Numbered from the whole stretch's first letter, positions 1 through 13,459 are shown. The stretch: DNA of 62,965 bases, filler included, from Basidiobolus ranarum (GCA_040143965.1; 26 parts of 26 records of this genome joined end to end with filler, not necessarily neighbours in it), one strand, 5' to 3'. Notes: generated by a model not told the origin, from the sequence alone. Program-made: numbers and translations.

Positions 1-111
1 ACTGACACCAGATTGCCAAGAAGGGATGGCACAGCAGATATGATGTCATAATCTAATAATAGAGGAGTTCTATTTGTAGTGGATCAGTATGCCAAGATCA
101 GAATCATGACA

Positions 112-466
112 AGAACCATCACAATATTGGTGGCTTGCATTCTGCCAGGGATTTTGATGGTGTGATGGTGGTTTCTTGAAGGTATTTTGATGGTATTCAT
201 ACATGTTAAAACATTGATCCTCAAATTTGGCATGCATCATTCAATATCTGGCAATTTTTGAAAAAATATAATTATTGAATGGCAAATTACTGGGTTAACT
301 ATGGTAGGAATTCAATCTAATATGGATGCCCTTATTTAAATATTTTAGGGTTTGTATTCCAGCTATAATGCAAATCAAAACTACAAGAATCTTGTTGTGT
401 TTAATCTCTACATATGCACATACTTGACTGATTAGACATAACTCAACAACATCAATATGCTTTACT
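112..466 (-). mobile_element. CMC/EnSpm transposon fragment (3' part of transposase region)
   Basis: Reverse complement matches about 5890-6250 and 49820-50170; direct match to 14298-14496. Confidence 0.7.
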
Positions 467-1012
467 TGTCACAATAAGGAACTGGGCAAGGACTGGGAAC
501 AATGACAAGAGGCTAGAGGGCAGGAGGGTACTTGGGTGTAGACAAACAAGAAAAGACAAGACAAGACTGGACAAGGAAGAAACTTTTGCAAGAATCTTTA
601 TTGATAACTGGCATTGATCAGACTGAGGTCTGATCAACAAATACATGGGGCTTATATAGATATTGCAAGGTGAAACATAATATACTGAATAGGGAATACA
701 CTGTGGCAAGTTTGAGAGTTGGGGTGTTGGGGACTACAAGGACCAATACAAAGAGGAATAATGTAAGGATGATGGAAGGATGATCAGGTGACCTTCCATG
801 GAAGGTCTTGGCAGAAAACATTATGTGTAGTATGCCATGATGGGATAGGTTTCATGAAATGTTCCAAAGAACATGACTTCCATATCAGGTAATCTGGATG
901 AACCAACACAAGGATGCCTAGAAGGGATGGCACAGCAGATAGGATGTCATAATCCAACAATAGAAGAGTTCTATTTGCAGTGGATCAGAATGCCAAGATC
1001 AGAATCATGACA
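467..1012. repeat. Solo LTR with TGTCA...TGACA termini (probably gypsy-type); partial copies at 1-111 and about 28890-29059
   Basis: Starts TGTCACAATAAGG and ends GAATCATGACA; the terminal ~110 bp recurs at 1-111 and inverted near 28890. Confidence 0.7.
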
Positions 1013-2290
1013 AGTGATGCTTAATACATATATATTTGCTTCTATCATTGAATGTGGGACTTTAATCTAATGTGATGCAACTTTGATCATCTTGAAATCT
1101 TGTGTTTGGTGAGTTTTGAGAAAAACTTGAATCTGATAAGATTTTTCTTAACCATACTGCTTCTTTTGTTGTTTCTCACGCAGTCATGTATTCTGCTTCT
1201 GTTGTTGAAAGTGCTATAGTAGGTTGTTTATCTCAATTCCAAGAAATAGTTGCAATGCGGCAAAGAAATAAGTATCCTGTTATAGATCTTCTGTCTTCAA
1301 CATCACTACCTCAATTTGTATCTAAATAACACATCAGATGAAAGTTTGATCTAGAATATGTGTAATTTAAGCACAGATTGGCGGTACTCTACAAATATCT
1401 GAGATTCTGCTTAACTGCTATAATTTGATCACAGCCACAATTTTGAAGATATTAGCAAATTACTCTCACAAAATATGCAATATGTAGCCATGTTACAAAC
1501 ATTATAGACATTAAACCACCATCCATGGATTGATAAGGAAATTTTTGGTTTTCATTTAAAACTAGGAACATCCAATTTGAGGCATTTTTAGTCAAGTTAA
1601 CATTTGCCTCTATTGGGGTAGATACTGGATTTTAAGCTCCACTTTAAACTTCTTTAATATATATACAATGGACTTATATGAGTTTAAAGTTTTGTTTTGG
1701 TACTAGTATCACTCATAATTTAGATTCCAAGATAGTTCATCAGTTCACCAAGATCAATCATTTTGAATTGGCTGATAAGCTCAATTTGGTTCTCTTCAAA
1801 GCCTTCAAGCTATTGGTTGCTATAACAAGGTCATCTACATATAAGGCAAATAAAACTGGGTTTGACTTATCTGGCCTGAAGTAGATACTATAATCAGCTT
1901 TACTCTTTTGGAATTTTAGTGTTTCCCAAAGAGTGCCTATCTTTCCATTCCAAGCTCTGGGAGATTATTTTATGCCATAGAGTGTTTTCCAGAGGCTGTA
2001 AACATTTTTGGGGTTTTCCGGGTCTATAAATCTCTATGTCTGGTCTCTATAGATCTTATCAGCTAGCTCACTGTTAAAAAAAGCATCTTTGACATCCATT
2101 TGATGTATAATAAACTGAAATTTAGCTGAAAGTGCAAATATCAATTTGATTCAATTAATATTTGCTACAAGAGCAAAAGTTTCTATATAATCAATTCCTG
2201 GTATTTGAGAATAGCCTTGGGCTACTAGTCTAGCCTTGTATTTTTCTAAATAGCCATCATAGTTGTACTAAACCTATTAGACTGGTTCCA
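1013..2290 (-). pseudogene. Ty1/copia RT-RNaseH relic
   Basis: Minus-strand motifs [42 protein letters not shown]; many stops. Confidence 0.9.
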
Positions 2291-2335
2291 TTTTTTGTAC
2301 AAAATGATTTTCCTCTATACTTTCCTGCCACAATG

Positions 2336-2435
2336 NNNNNNNNNNNNNNNNNNNNNNNNNNNNNNNNNNNNNNNNNNNNTTAATTAATTAANNNNNNNNN
2401 NNNNNNNNNNNNNNNNNNNNNNNNNNNNNNNNNNN
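2336..2435. other. Artificial contig spacer (N-TTAATTAATTAA-N); 25 such spacers, one about every 2.42 kb
   Basis: Identical 100-bp spacer with stops in all six frames; contig lengths between spacers decrease steadily from 2335 to 2317. Confidence 0.98.
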
Positions 2436-2930
2436 GGAGAGTGTGTGAGATGTAGGCAAAATTAAGAGAGTGCTTTCCTCTGCTTCTTGTGAAAGGCAAG
2501 GATAGCTTCTGTTGGTAACTTTGGCTGTATTTCTTCTCCTGTTATAAATCCTTAAAGGTCCTTTTCTTCTAGCACCATTTGCATCTTGAACCCCCAAAGG
2601 TGAAAGTCTTCATCATCAAACTTCTCTGTTGATGTAAAAACATTAGTAATGGAACTGGTAGACATTCCTTTAACAGCTAGAATTGAGGCTCATAACATGA
2701 TAAAAGTGCTTAGGGAATTTGGAATTGTTTTGACAAGATTTGGATTTGTGAATCAGACACTTAAGTTTTATTAAATTGAATAGGTCTTATTTATAGTTGA
2801 CTATGGAATACAACTATTGGATGTGCTTGGATCATAGCAGATATGCCTGTTAAGCATGTCTGAAAATTTAAGGTGATATGGAGCAGTTTAGAGAAAGTAG
2901 TGAAAATTGGTAATAGTGATCTAACTAAGG
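2436..2930 (-). mobile_element. Copia family B: partial LTR, PBS and gag 5' end
   Basis: EKFDDEDFHLW gag motif; matches 11414-12066 and 60001-60548. Confidence 0.85.
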
Positions 2931-3655
2931 TCCTCTGTCTGAGATGATAGTTTCAGGGAGTCCATGTAGGTGGGAGATATTTTGAGTTACCAATTCTACT
3001 GTTTGTTCTGCATCAATTGACTTGTGGCAGGCCCATAGTGGGCCATCTTTGTAAGACAGACAACAACTACCAGTATTGAATCATCTTTGGCAGAGGAGGG
3101 TTGATCAGTTATGAAATCCAGAGATATGGATTTCCACTGCTGTTCAGGAATTGGAAGTGGCTAATAGAGGCCATAGAGCTGATGTCTTGGAGTCTTCACT
3201 CAAGCACATGTACCTCAGGTAGAAACATGGGTCTTGACATATGCAAACATTTTGAGCCACCAATAATCCCTGGATGCCAACATATATGAATTGGCAATAC
3301 CAAAGTGTCCTGCAAGTGGTGAGTCATGTCTTTCCTGCAGGATGTTAAGTCTGGAAGTATGGTCTGGATTGTAAAGGCACTTTTCATAAAGCAAGAGATC
3401 TTTGAAGATAGGGTCATGGCTATACAAGTTCAAACTTGAAAGGCCTTTGGGTGTATCCTGGGCTTTCTGGATTGATATTGACAAAGGGTCTTCACATTGA
3501 AGCTTGTGGTTTTCTTCATGGATTGTGCTTAAATTAAGCAGAGAAAGAGTAGTTGCACTAATTTGAAGTTGGTGGGGCTTGAGTGAGGAAGCATTTTGTA
3601 AACCAAAGACCTCTTCCCCTTCTTTAGGTTGATATTCTGCTTTATGTGATAAGGC
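2930..3655 (-). pseudogene. Ty3/gypsy integrase relic
   Basis: HDSPLAGHFG..SRDYWW (zinc-binding region), WKSISLDFITD, ILVVV, HGLPETIISD. Confidence 0.85.
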
Positions 3656-3659
3656 TGCT

Positions 3660-4769
3660 GAAGTATTTTGGGGCCTGTTGGAAATGGTTTGGAGAGTTAG
3701 AGGAGTTGATGGTTTTCACTTATTGATTTATTAAGTAGAAATTTGACATTCATAGTTTTGTCACAATGTAAACAAACTAACATGTATAATGTGTTAACAA
3801 AGATTCCAGGAATATGTGTTCAAAGTTTGGGGCTTCTAGCACAAGTGTGCAAAAATCTATATGTCTGGGAACGTCTGAGTTGGTTAAACTATTCCAAGTA
3901 AATTTCATTTCAGAATAATGGATAATATCTGGGTGAAATAACAGATATCCAAATACCAAGCTGTATATGACTATATTGATGTTTAGGCAATACCAATTAC
4001 AACACTCTCCCTCAACTAAATAGTCATATAAACTAATCCCAATAACAGTCTAAATTTCCCAAATTTCTGTCTAGCTCATGGTTTGGATAATATATTAGCA
4101 ATTGTGTCTTCTGTAGAACAATAAGTTAAGTCAATAAACCTATTTGCTTTAGTCTCTCTAATGAAGTAATGCTTAATATCTGTATATTTGCTTCTATTAA
4201 CAAATGTGGAATTTTAGCTAATTTGATACCACTTTGATTAGGTTGAAATATTGTTGTTGGTGAAATTTGATAATTAACTATATTAGTTAGAGTCTTCTTA
4301 ACCATATTGCTTCTCTTGTTGCTTCACAGGCAGAAATGTAATCTGCTTCTGTTGTTTGAAGAGCTACAGTGGGTTGTTTCTTTGAATTGCAAGAAATAGC
4401 TCCAAAACAGCAAAGAAATAAGTATCCTGTTGTGGATCTCCTATCTTCAATATCTCTTCCCCAATTTGGATCCAATTTTCCCATCAAATAAGGTTTGATC
4501 CAGAATATGTGAATTTTAAGCATAGATCCACAGTACCTTTCAAATCTCTGTAAATCCACTTGACTGCTATGATTTGATGAGATCAATAATCTTGAAGATA
4601 TTGGAACATAGCTCCCACATAATATGCAATATCTGGCCAAGATCCAACCATGATATATAGCAAACTACCAACCATAGATTGATAAGTATATTTCTGGCTT
4701 TAATTTGACGCCTACAATCTCTGCTATGAGTCATTTTTGGGCAAGTTAAGATTTGTCTCCATTGGGATA
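3660..4769 (-). mobile_element. Copia family C LTR, polypurine tract and RNaseH/RT relic
   Basis: WGRDIEDRRSTTGYLF, SKKQPTVALQTTEADY, EAIWLRRL; purine tract next to the LTR end at about 4003. Confidence 0.88.
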
Positions 4770-4869
4770 NNNNNNNNNNNNNNNNNNNNNNNNNNNNNNN
4801 NNNNNNNNNNNNNTTAATTAATTAANNNNNNNNNNNNNNNNNNNNNNNNNNNNNNNNNNNNNNNNNNNN

Positions 4870-6314
4870 TTTGATTGTGGAATATGAATGCTTAGCTAAT
4901 GGGGCTCAGATGGGTGATTATTTTATTAATGCTAATATCATTGTATGTATTTGTGACACTCCTGCCAACAGTAAACTTGGAGGTTTTTGCAGGTACAATT
5001 CATTGCTACTATTCAAATGCAAAGACTGGAAGTATTGGATATGTTTATGTTCAAGTTGAATCTTGGAAAGACTTCTGACTGATAAGTATTGGCAAAATTG
5101 GTTGTAGTTTGTGGATATCATTAATATAGTTTTGCAGCATCAACTCATGTTGGCAGATCTCAGGAAAATATAGCAACTGTGCAACAATTTTGTAATTCAA
5201 AATGGAAAACTTTATTACAGGTTTAAAGAAGATGGCTAAGTCAATGCTGCTATTAAATCATTCCCTGCTGCATCTTTCACAATGATTAGAGATTATAGGC
5301 CCTTGCTCTACATTCTGGGAGTTCCCACCAGAGAGCACCTGTGGTGAAATGATGCTCTGTGTGAAATTGTCAGTAATACTGTATACTAATCTGAATTACA
5401 ATGGATCAGCAAAATCTTTGATGGATGTAATGTAATGGGTTAAAGAGACTCCTGAGTAAATTAATCTCAAAATAAAGGGCTCTTTTCAAAGTGCTCATGG
5501 GTTTTTGCATTGTATGAGCACAAAAACAGCAACTGAACCCAGTCCATGGACACAGAGTAAGTAACTATATAACTTAGACTAGTTTGTTTGTGTGATAGTC
5601 TGACAGTATGTCTAGGAAAGCTGCAAGACAGAATTCTGGTAAGATAGATCAAGAGATGCAGCATTAATGTTTTAGCCCTGGGTTTACCTATTCAAGCAAT
5701 GATACATTGGCTTGTGGAAGGACATTTGCTGACTGCAAGTAGGGGATATTTTTGCAGATTTCTTTACAGAAATTTGCCAAAATCCAAGAACTTATTCTCA
5801 TTGTGAATGGCAACAAGAGTCAGCTATTTGCCCAGTGTTAGTGCTTTTCAAAATTTCAGATTTTTAGCAACTGTTCCAACATTAGCTTGCTGATAAAGCA
5901 TATTGATTTTGTTGAGTTATGTCTGATCAGTCCAGTATGTGCATATGTAGAGACTAAACATAATAAGATTCTTGTATTTCCTCATTCTCATTATGGCGGG
6001 AATACAAAGCCTAGAATATTGAAATAAAGATGTGCATATTAATTCAAATATCCTGCAGCAATAAACCTAGTAATTTGCCATTTGAAGATTGAATTTTTGC
6101 AACAATTGCTGGAAACTAAATAACATATGCCAAGTATGATGATCTTTATTTTAATATGTGTAAATAACATCAAAATCTAATCAAGAAGGTGCCATCTCTC
6201 CATCAAAATCCCTGGCAGAATGCAAGCCACCAATTTTGTGACAGTTCTCTGATGGTATTGCAATCCTGAAGTGTGGATCCAATTCAGTGCAAATCAATTT
6301 TATTTTTGTTAGGG
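4870..6314 (+). mobile_element. CMC/EnSpm (tnp2) transposase C-terminal relic running to terminus ...TTTTTGTTAGGG
   Basis: IVCICDTPANSKLGGF motif; continuous with the tnp2 copies at 13460-14230 and 60649-61460; same end at 50234, 34095 and 14231. Confidence 0.75.
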
Positions 6315-6619
6315 AATTTGAGTAAAAAACTGTAAATAGTGAGTGGCCATTTACCTAATTTAAACTGAGGCTATGGAAAATGAAAGCATACTTTTTGATG
6401 AATCACAAGATCTGTTCAGCACAATTTGTCTTCTTAGACAAAAGGCAATTGGGTGCTCCACATCATCATGAATCTAAATAAAAGCTCCTCCAAGGCATAG
6501 ATTGGGGCATCAGTATGGGGATGACATGACCTGTTGCAATCTGGAATCTCTAATGGAAGTGACTTGCTATTTGGTTGGGGGTTTACTTGAATTTTGCTGA
6601 TTTAGAACTAAGTTCTGAC

Positions 6620-7202
6620 ATTCAAAAACATGTATTTGTTGCTCTAACTATTCTAAATATCCAATGGATCACTTCCACCTATTTTCAATATTATCTCAAA
6701 TCACCTTAAATTTTCTTCCATTTTTAGCAGGCATGCTTGTCATAATCTAAGCTTGTCCAATAGCTCTATTTCATTGTAAACTATAAATAGCACATATTCA
6801 ATTTGACAAAACTTAAGTGTCTAATTCACAAATCCAAATCTTGTCTAAAACACTTCAAATCCCCTAGCACTTTTATCAAATTATGAGCCCCAAGCAAGCT
6901 GTTAGAGGAATGTCTACCAGTACTAGTATCAACGTGTTTGCATCCACAGAGAAGTTTGATGGTGATGACTTTCACCTTTGGAAGTTCAAGGTGCAAATGG
7001 TGCTATAAGACAAGGACCTTTGAGGATTTGTTACAGGAGAAGAAATAGAAACAAAGGGACTACCAGAAGCTATCCTTGCCTTTCACAAGAAGCAAAGGAA
7101 AACACTCTCAACACTTTGTCTACATCTCAGAGATTCTCAATTGAGGCACATACAATCAGCCAAAAACATCCCAAATGCTTGGGAAACACTTGAGGGGCTA
7201 GA
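6620..7202 (+). mobile_element. Copia family B LTR remnant, PBS and gag start
   Basis: ATTATGAGCCC PBS; FASTEKFDGDDFHLWKFK. Confidence 0.85.
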
Positions 7203-7302
7203 NNNNNNNNNNNNNNNNNNNNNNNNNNNNNNNNNNNNNNNNNNNNTTAATTAATTAANNNNNNNNNNNNNNNNNNNNNNNNNNNNNNNNNNNNNNNNNN
7301 NN

Positions 7303-7588
7303 CTTCGCCATCGGTCTTGGTTCGATTCCTTTCCTCATTATGAGTGAATTAATGCCTACCAACGCTATTTCTACCACCACCAGTTTCACCCTCACAGTTA
7401 ATTGGCTATCTAATTTTGTCATCGGTCTCATTTTCCCCACTCTCTCGGATGTTATGAATGGCTATGTCTTCATTATCTTCGCTTCATGCTGCGCTGTAGG
7501 CTTCTTAGGAGTTCTCTTCTTCGTCAGAGAAACCAAGGGAAAGAGTATTGAAGAGTTGACTGCCGGAAGTTACAGTAACAAGAACTAA
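7303..7588 (+). CDS. MFS sugar porter (GLUT/HXT-like), C-terminal part, 5'-truncated by contig edge
   Basis: FAIGLGSIPFLIMSELMP..VNWLSNFVIGLIFP..RETKGKSIEEL are typical sugar-porter TM10-12 and PETKG-like motifs. Confidence 0.92.
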
Positions 7589-8192
7589 TCACCCAATAAT
7601 TATTGCATATATTCTTGTAGAGAAATTTGAGCATCGAGAAATAAAATAAACGTACACATTCCATCGAATCTGGTTTTCAACATAGAATAAAGAATCAAGG
7701 TAATCATTTGGCATGCACCTGTCTATTTCCATAGTTACCTTGAGTTACCATAGAGACTATGTAATCGCCAAATTAGGGATGTTTACTATCAATCAAATAG
7801 GGTATGTAAGGTTTCATAATCCGTAAAAGGGGATTAACCACGCACCAATTTGGGTAAAGCCTGGGCATAACTTGTATTGGATAGACTACTTTGTCCAACA
7901 ATATAAGTATTAAGCCTGCGTTGTTAAAGCTTCACCATTAATGAAAATCCAGATTTTGAGAGGAGTGGGAAATCCGGAAACAACAGGTGCTACATATGCA
8001 GCAATGAGTTCAACCCTTTTGTAATACTCAGTATGCAGTAGTTACGAATATTTATTGTACAAAACCAGTGCTCGCTAGCGTAAGGTTTTATATATTATTT
8101 TATTATGTCAAGTCTAAGCATCAAATATAGTCTGTAGGGTTAGGGTTTAATAAAATTGGAGATAACCTCTGACACATGGCAAAAGAAAAAGC

Positions 8193-8692
8193 GTTCAAAG
8201 ACTTACTCTGTATCAAATGTTTAGGATAGCAATAATATACACAGAATTCGATAACCACACAGGATTGTTCGCTTTTTGAGTTGGTCTACTGCTGCTTAGC
8301 CGGTGGAGAGAGGTTCCTTCAATCTGTAAAAACGTTCTGGTCTTCCCCCATTTGAGCACAAGTTAAAAAGGATATGTCAAAGTAGCATCCAGGTCATGAT
8401 TCCAAAGCCAAAGGGGAGAACCTACAGCGTATTAGCCATGACCTTTACACACTGTTGGTTTTTGCACCTGAACAGAAATTAGGTTGGAATTAGCATTTAC
8501 CTTAAAAGGACACAATAGCATACTTTTTTCTTTTGTATGGTCTAGGATTTTGGACTTTTTGAAACATTTCCAGTTCACCATTCTGGCAAGTAGGGCACAG
8601 ACTTGAAGCTTTAAACTTGCCAAGGAGGTATAGCTGGAAGCTTTCTTTGGCTATCATTTTTCTCATTCCAACACCTTTATTGGGTTCATGAG
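8193..8692 (-). pseudogene. Fanzor1 (eukaryotic TnpB) C-terminal relic with intron and conserved 3' non-coding motif
   Basis: HEPNKGVGMRKM..FQLYLLGKFKASSLCPTC (degenerate RuvC-II/Zn), intron 8468-8500, CKNQQC, LWNHDLDA (RuvC-III), GRPERFYR; has frameshifts. Confidence 0.82.
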
Positions 8693-8960
8693 ACTTTGTC
8701 CTATCATCAATAAAGGTCATAAAATACCTTTTTCCACCTAAGGATTTTGTCTGCATTGGGCCACATAGATTTGAGTGTATCAGACCCAATTTTTGATCAA
8801 TTTTGTTCATTCCAGAGCCCACAAATGGCTGTCTGTGTTGCCTATCATATAGGCAACCTTCACATAGCTCCAGATCTTGTGGAATTACAAAATTTAGTCC
8901 CAAAACCAACTTGTTTTTGATTAAATTAGGGTTAGGGGGGATGAAAAGCACCAGATGGTA
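8693..8960 (-). pseudogene. Copia integrase fragment
   Basis: CEGCLY..LIHSNLCGPMQTKSLGGKRYFMTFIDD. Confidence 0.88.
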
Positions 8961-9274
8961 TGAACTCTATTTAGCTTAAATACTAAGCTAAACAAAGTGA
9001 CAATCAAGACATCAATCTTTTAAGATATTTTGACAATACTGGATAATATCCATACTTCACCAGATGATCAATGTAATCAAGTTCAGAGGATGTAAATATA
9101 GTGTTAAGGGGCAAAGGTGGTAAGCAGAAAGGAAGGTACTCAGTACAAACCAGATGGACAATAGGACAAAAGCCTGGAATAATAGGAATCACAAAAGGTG
9201 TATTAGAGGCAAGGTATTGCTTCCAAAGGTCTAGCTGGAAGTCTACCACAACAATTTTAGGCTGTTTTGTTTCT

Positions 9275-9563
9275 GTTGGATAATTAATCTTTATTCAACA
9301 TCATAGTTAACTTTAGTTATGATACATATATCAAAAACAGAAAGCAATGTATCTATAGCCCCTATATTCTAAATAGGAATATCTCTATATCTATATAACA
9401 AGTATATCTTATTACATAAACTCCTGAATATCTCAAACAATTGATTTACTTTTCTACTATATAAGTCACCATATACTCATGAGAATAAACTAACTAAAAC
9501 ACACTATCATAAGTTGCTTCTAACACTCAAAGTCTACCCCCATTATGTCAAGATCCTCCAACA
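9275..9563 (+). repeat. Copia family D LTR followed by PBS TGGTAGCAG; copies at about 15290-15604(-), 26978-27293, 31376-31485 and 48375-48452(-)
   Basis: TGTTGGATAATT...GATCCTCCAACA; a purine tract precedes the copy at 26978. Confidence 0.88.
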
Positions 9564-9735
9564 TGGTAGCAGCAAGTGAATTAGAGTCTTCTTCCCAAAA
9601 GGAGATTACTAATATTCCAACATTCAATGGGGAAGNNNNNNNNNNNNNNNNNNNNNNNNNNNNNNNNNNNNNNNNNNNNTTAATTAATTAANNNNNNNNN
9701 NNNNNNNNNNNNNNNNNNNNNNNNNNNNNNNNNNN

Positions 9736-11070
9736 ATCAAGAATTGAGAATTTGACCTTAAATTATGTATTTGGTAGACTTTAGGATGAAGATTCACACA
9801 AATCAGGATCCAACCAAAAGAATGAAGAAAATGCTTTAATAGGCTATGGGAAACCTTCCTATAACAGTCAAAAGCACTTTAAGAGGAAGAGTAACACATT
9901 CTGTGATTACTGTAAAAGAACTGGCCATTTAAGCAAGGATTGTTTTAAAAGAATTGTAAAAGAAAAACATACTGAATCTGGAAATAAGGTTACAACAGAA
10001 GATCACTTGTTCATATCTGCTCTATCTATGACTACCAACAAGGATTCTCAGATGTGGTATATTGATTCTGGAGCTTCCCATTATTTCACCAATGAAAAAA
10101 ATTGGTTTGTGAAATGTGAAGAAATCCCAATGTGAAAGGTTTCATGGGAGATGACCACACATTGGATGCTATTGGAATGAGATCAATTCAAGTCAATTTA
10201 TCTGGAGCTTCTGAAGAGAAAGTGTATACTTTCAAGGATGTACTACATGTTCCAGCTATTGCCAAGAATTTAATACCTGTATGCAAGGCCACTTCAGAAG
10301 GCCTGAAATTCAATTCTTATAAGTCAGGATGCACCATCACTGATCAAAATGTGAATTATTTAGCTTTGGAAGAAAAGAATCAAAACTTTTACAAACATAC
10401 ATGTAATCAAAGAGATTTATTTGTAAATAAAAGTTGTTCCAATCAAGAAACTATTCAATTATGGCATAAGAGATTTGGTCATATTGGATATGATTGTTTG
10501 AGCAAAATCATCAAAAATTGCCCAATTTGTCAAACTCAAATTATCCCCCCAGCCAAAATGGAAGTTTGTGAGGGTTGCATATATGGAAAACAAGCCAGGC
10601 AAACATTCAAGAGCTCTGGTTTAATCAAATCTGTCAAAAATTTGGATCTAATTCATTCAGATTTGTGTGGACCTATGCAAAATTTATCTCTAGGCAAAAA
10701 TACATATTCAATCACATTTATTGATGATGATACAAGATACACTTGGGTCTACTTTATGGAAAGAAAAGAAGAAGCTCTCTTTATCTTTAGAGACTTTAAA
10801 ACACTTGTGGAGACTGAAACTGGAACTGAAATCAAAAAAATATGTACTGATAATGGTGAAGAATATACGTCAACACTATTTAAGCACATTTGCAAAGTTT
10901 GTGGAATTAAGCCAGAAACTACTGCCCTCTATTCATGTCAACAAAATGGAGTTGCTCAAAAGTTAACAGGACTATAATAGAAATGGCAAGATCTATGATA
11001 ATTGCACAAAATTTATTCAAAACTTTTAGGTGGAATCTGTTGCTATAGCTGTCTATCTGAAGAATAGGAG
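9736..11070 (+). pseudogene. Copia gag zinc knuckle-protease-integrase relic
   Basis: CDYCKRTGHLSKDC, WYIDSGAS, LWHKRFGH, LDLIHSDLCGPM, TDNGEEY, QQNGVA. Confidence 0.93.
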
Positions 11071-11413
11071 GCTGTGTTCAGAACATATGTGGGAGTAAAA
11101 TGAACTATCTTTGGGGCAATTTGGATGAGTTTGAAATTTCCAATATGGAATTGCTAATTCTCACATTATTCACATATATATCATTTATGTTCCAATTTTC
11201 AGCTAAGTGATATTTGGCTAAGTAATGTTAACTAACTTATATGTGATATATGAGATAGTTTGGCATATAAGGATAGAGATAACAAATATGATAAAGACAA
11301 TAAACTTCAACACTTCCACTCAACTAAATATTCATATATCTTAATCCTAACTTAAATCTTAATTCTTCAAACTTAGGCTTGGGTAATGGTTTGGTATAGA
11401 TGTCAGCAATCAT

Positions 11414-12066
11414 TGTTGAAATTAGGTAAATAGCAACTCATTATTTAGCAGTTAGTTTATTCATATTCTGATTATTTAGCACTCAATTCTGTTATTTGAA
11501 AATGTGTGTTTATTGCTCTAATTGATAGAAATATCAATTAGATCACTTTTACTAATTTTCACTATTTTCTCAAAACTTCCCAAATCACCTCAAATTTTCA
11601 CCCATGATTAACAGGCATGTTTGTTCTAATCTAAGCATGTCCAGTAGTCCTATTTCATAGTAAACTATAAATAGCACATATTCAAATCAATAAAATTTAA
11701 GTGTCCAATTCACAAATACAAATCTTGTCCAAAACACTTCCAAATCCCCTAAACACTTTTATCAGGTTATGAGCCCCAAGCTAGCTGTTAAAGGAATGTC
11801 TATCAGTACTATTACCCATGTTTTTGCATCCACAGAGAAGTTTGATGGTGAAGACTTTCACCTTTGGAAGTTCAAGATGCAAATGGTGCTAGAAGACAAG
11901 GACCTTTGTGGATTTGTTACATGAGAAGAAATAGAGCCAAAGGGACCACCAGAAGCTATCCTTGCCATTCACAAGAAGCAGAGGAAAGCACTCTCTACAC
12001 TTTGTCTTCATCTCAGAGATTCTCAATTGAGGCACACACAATCAGCCAGAAACATCCAAAATGCTT
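11414..12066 (+). mobile_element. Copia family B 5' LTR (11414-11764), PBS GGTTATGAGCCC (11765-11776) and gag start
   Basis: TGTTGAAATT...TTTTATCA LTR; EKFDGEDFHLWKFKMQMVLEDKDL. Confidence 0.9.
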
Positions 12067-12166
12067 NNNNNNNNNNNNNNNNNNNNNNNNNNNNNNNNNN
12101 NNNNNNNNNNTTAATTAATTAANNNNNNNNNNNNNNNNNNNNNNNNNNNNNNNNNNNNNNNNNNNN

Positions 12167-13439
12167 TGGAGAGGCTCCAGAATCATTATACCACAACCTA
12201 CAGTCTGGTTTAAAGGTCACTGATAGGGCAGAAATGAATAAAACTTCCTCTTTGGTTGAAACTTGATTTGCTTCTTCTGACTTCTCATTTTTGTTGTAAT
12301 TTCTATATTTGCAATCTTTTAACTGATGTCCTGGTCTATTACAACCACAGCATAAACCTGGTTTCCGTCTTTTGAAACCTTTGTACTTGCCAAAGCTATG
12401 TTTTCCAGCTCCAAAAAGAGCCACTTCCTCAGATTCTTTTTCCATACCCTTACTTCTGAGATGTTGATCCATTCACCTTGCCACCACAAACTCCAAAGAC
12501 AACTTGTCATAACTTTCTTGCAAAGCTGTGACCAGGTTTGAGTACTGTTCTGGTAGACTACTTTGAAGAGTCATAATGACATCTTCTTGATGTAAAGTTG
12601 CACCAATATGTTCCAGTTGTTTTGCCAAAGATCTCACATTTGCAATATGAGTAACCATGCTTTCAGACATTTCCATCTTTATATTGAAGAATTTCTGTCT
12701 GAGAAAGAGTCTATTAGCAAGACTCTTTGCTTCATAACACTCTTCCAATATAGTCCAAGCTTGATGGGAAGTATTTGCATATTGAATATTCACAAGTTGT
12801 GAATCCTTCAAACTTTTACAAATGACATTAACAGCCTTTGTGTCTCTTTTCTTGTAAGCTTCCAATAAAGAAGGGTCAGAAGGTTCCTTTTCATCTCCAG
12901 AGACTGCATCCCAAAGCTCCCTGTCTTCCAGCATGATTTGCATCTGGAACTTCCAGAAATTGTAATTTTCTCCATCAAGCTTTGTAACACTTGAGGTAAT
13001 AAAAGTCATAGTAGTGGTTTCTGTCATGCTGTAAAGGTTAGAACATGGAGCTCATAACCTATTGGGAAAATATGGGTTGTTTGGAGAAACTTTGGAAAAG
13101 AAGAGTTGTGAATAGCTTTGTGAGATAGTTAGTGATTTTCCAGAAATAAAGCATTTATACATTTTGGTGGAAATACAGAAAACTAACACTGGGGTTGTGT
13201 TCAGAACATCTGTGGGAGTAAAATGAGCTATTTTTGGGGCAATTTGGACAAGTTTGAAGTTTCCAATATGGAATTGCTAATTCTCACATTATTCACATAT
13301 ATATATATAATATATGTTCCAATTTTCAGTTAAGTGATATTTGACCAAGTAATGTTAACTAACTTAGGTGTGATATATGAAATAGACAGGTGTATAAAGA
13401 TAGAGATAACAAATATGTTAAAGACAACAAACTTCAACA
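12167..13439 (-). mobile_element. Copia family A: LTR (13060-13439), PBS, gag and protease start
   Basis: KLDGENYNFWKFQMQIMLEDRELW (UBN2-type gag), CCGCNRPGHQLKDC knuckle, WYNDSGAS. Confidence 0.92.
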
Positions 13440-13459
13440 TTGTTACAAACTCTTTGTTA

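Noticed and set aside
2380-2391. Regularly spaced TTAATTAATTAA as a biological repeat or CRISPR-like array
   Set aside because: Always embedded in N-runs; it is an assembly linker.
8136-8148. TAGGGTTAGGGTT as a telomere
   Set aside because: Only about two units; compatible with chance.
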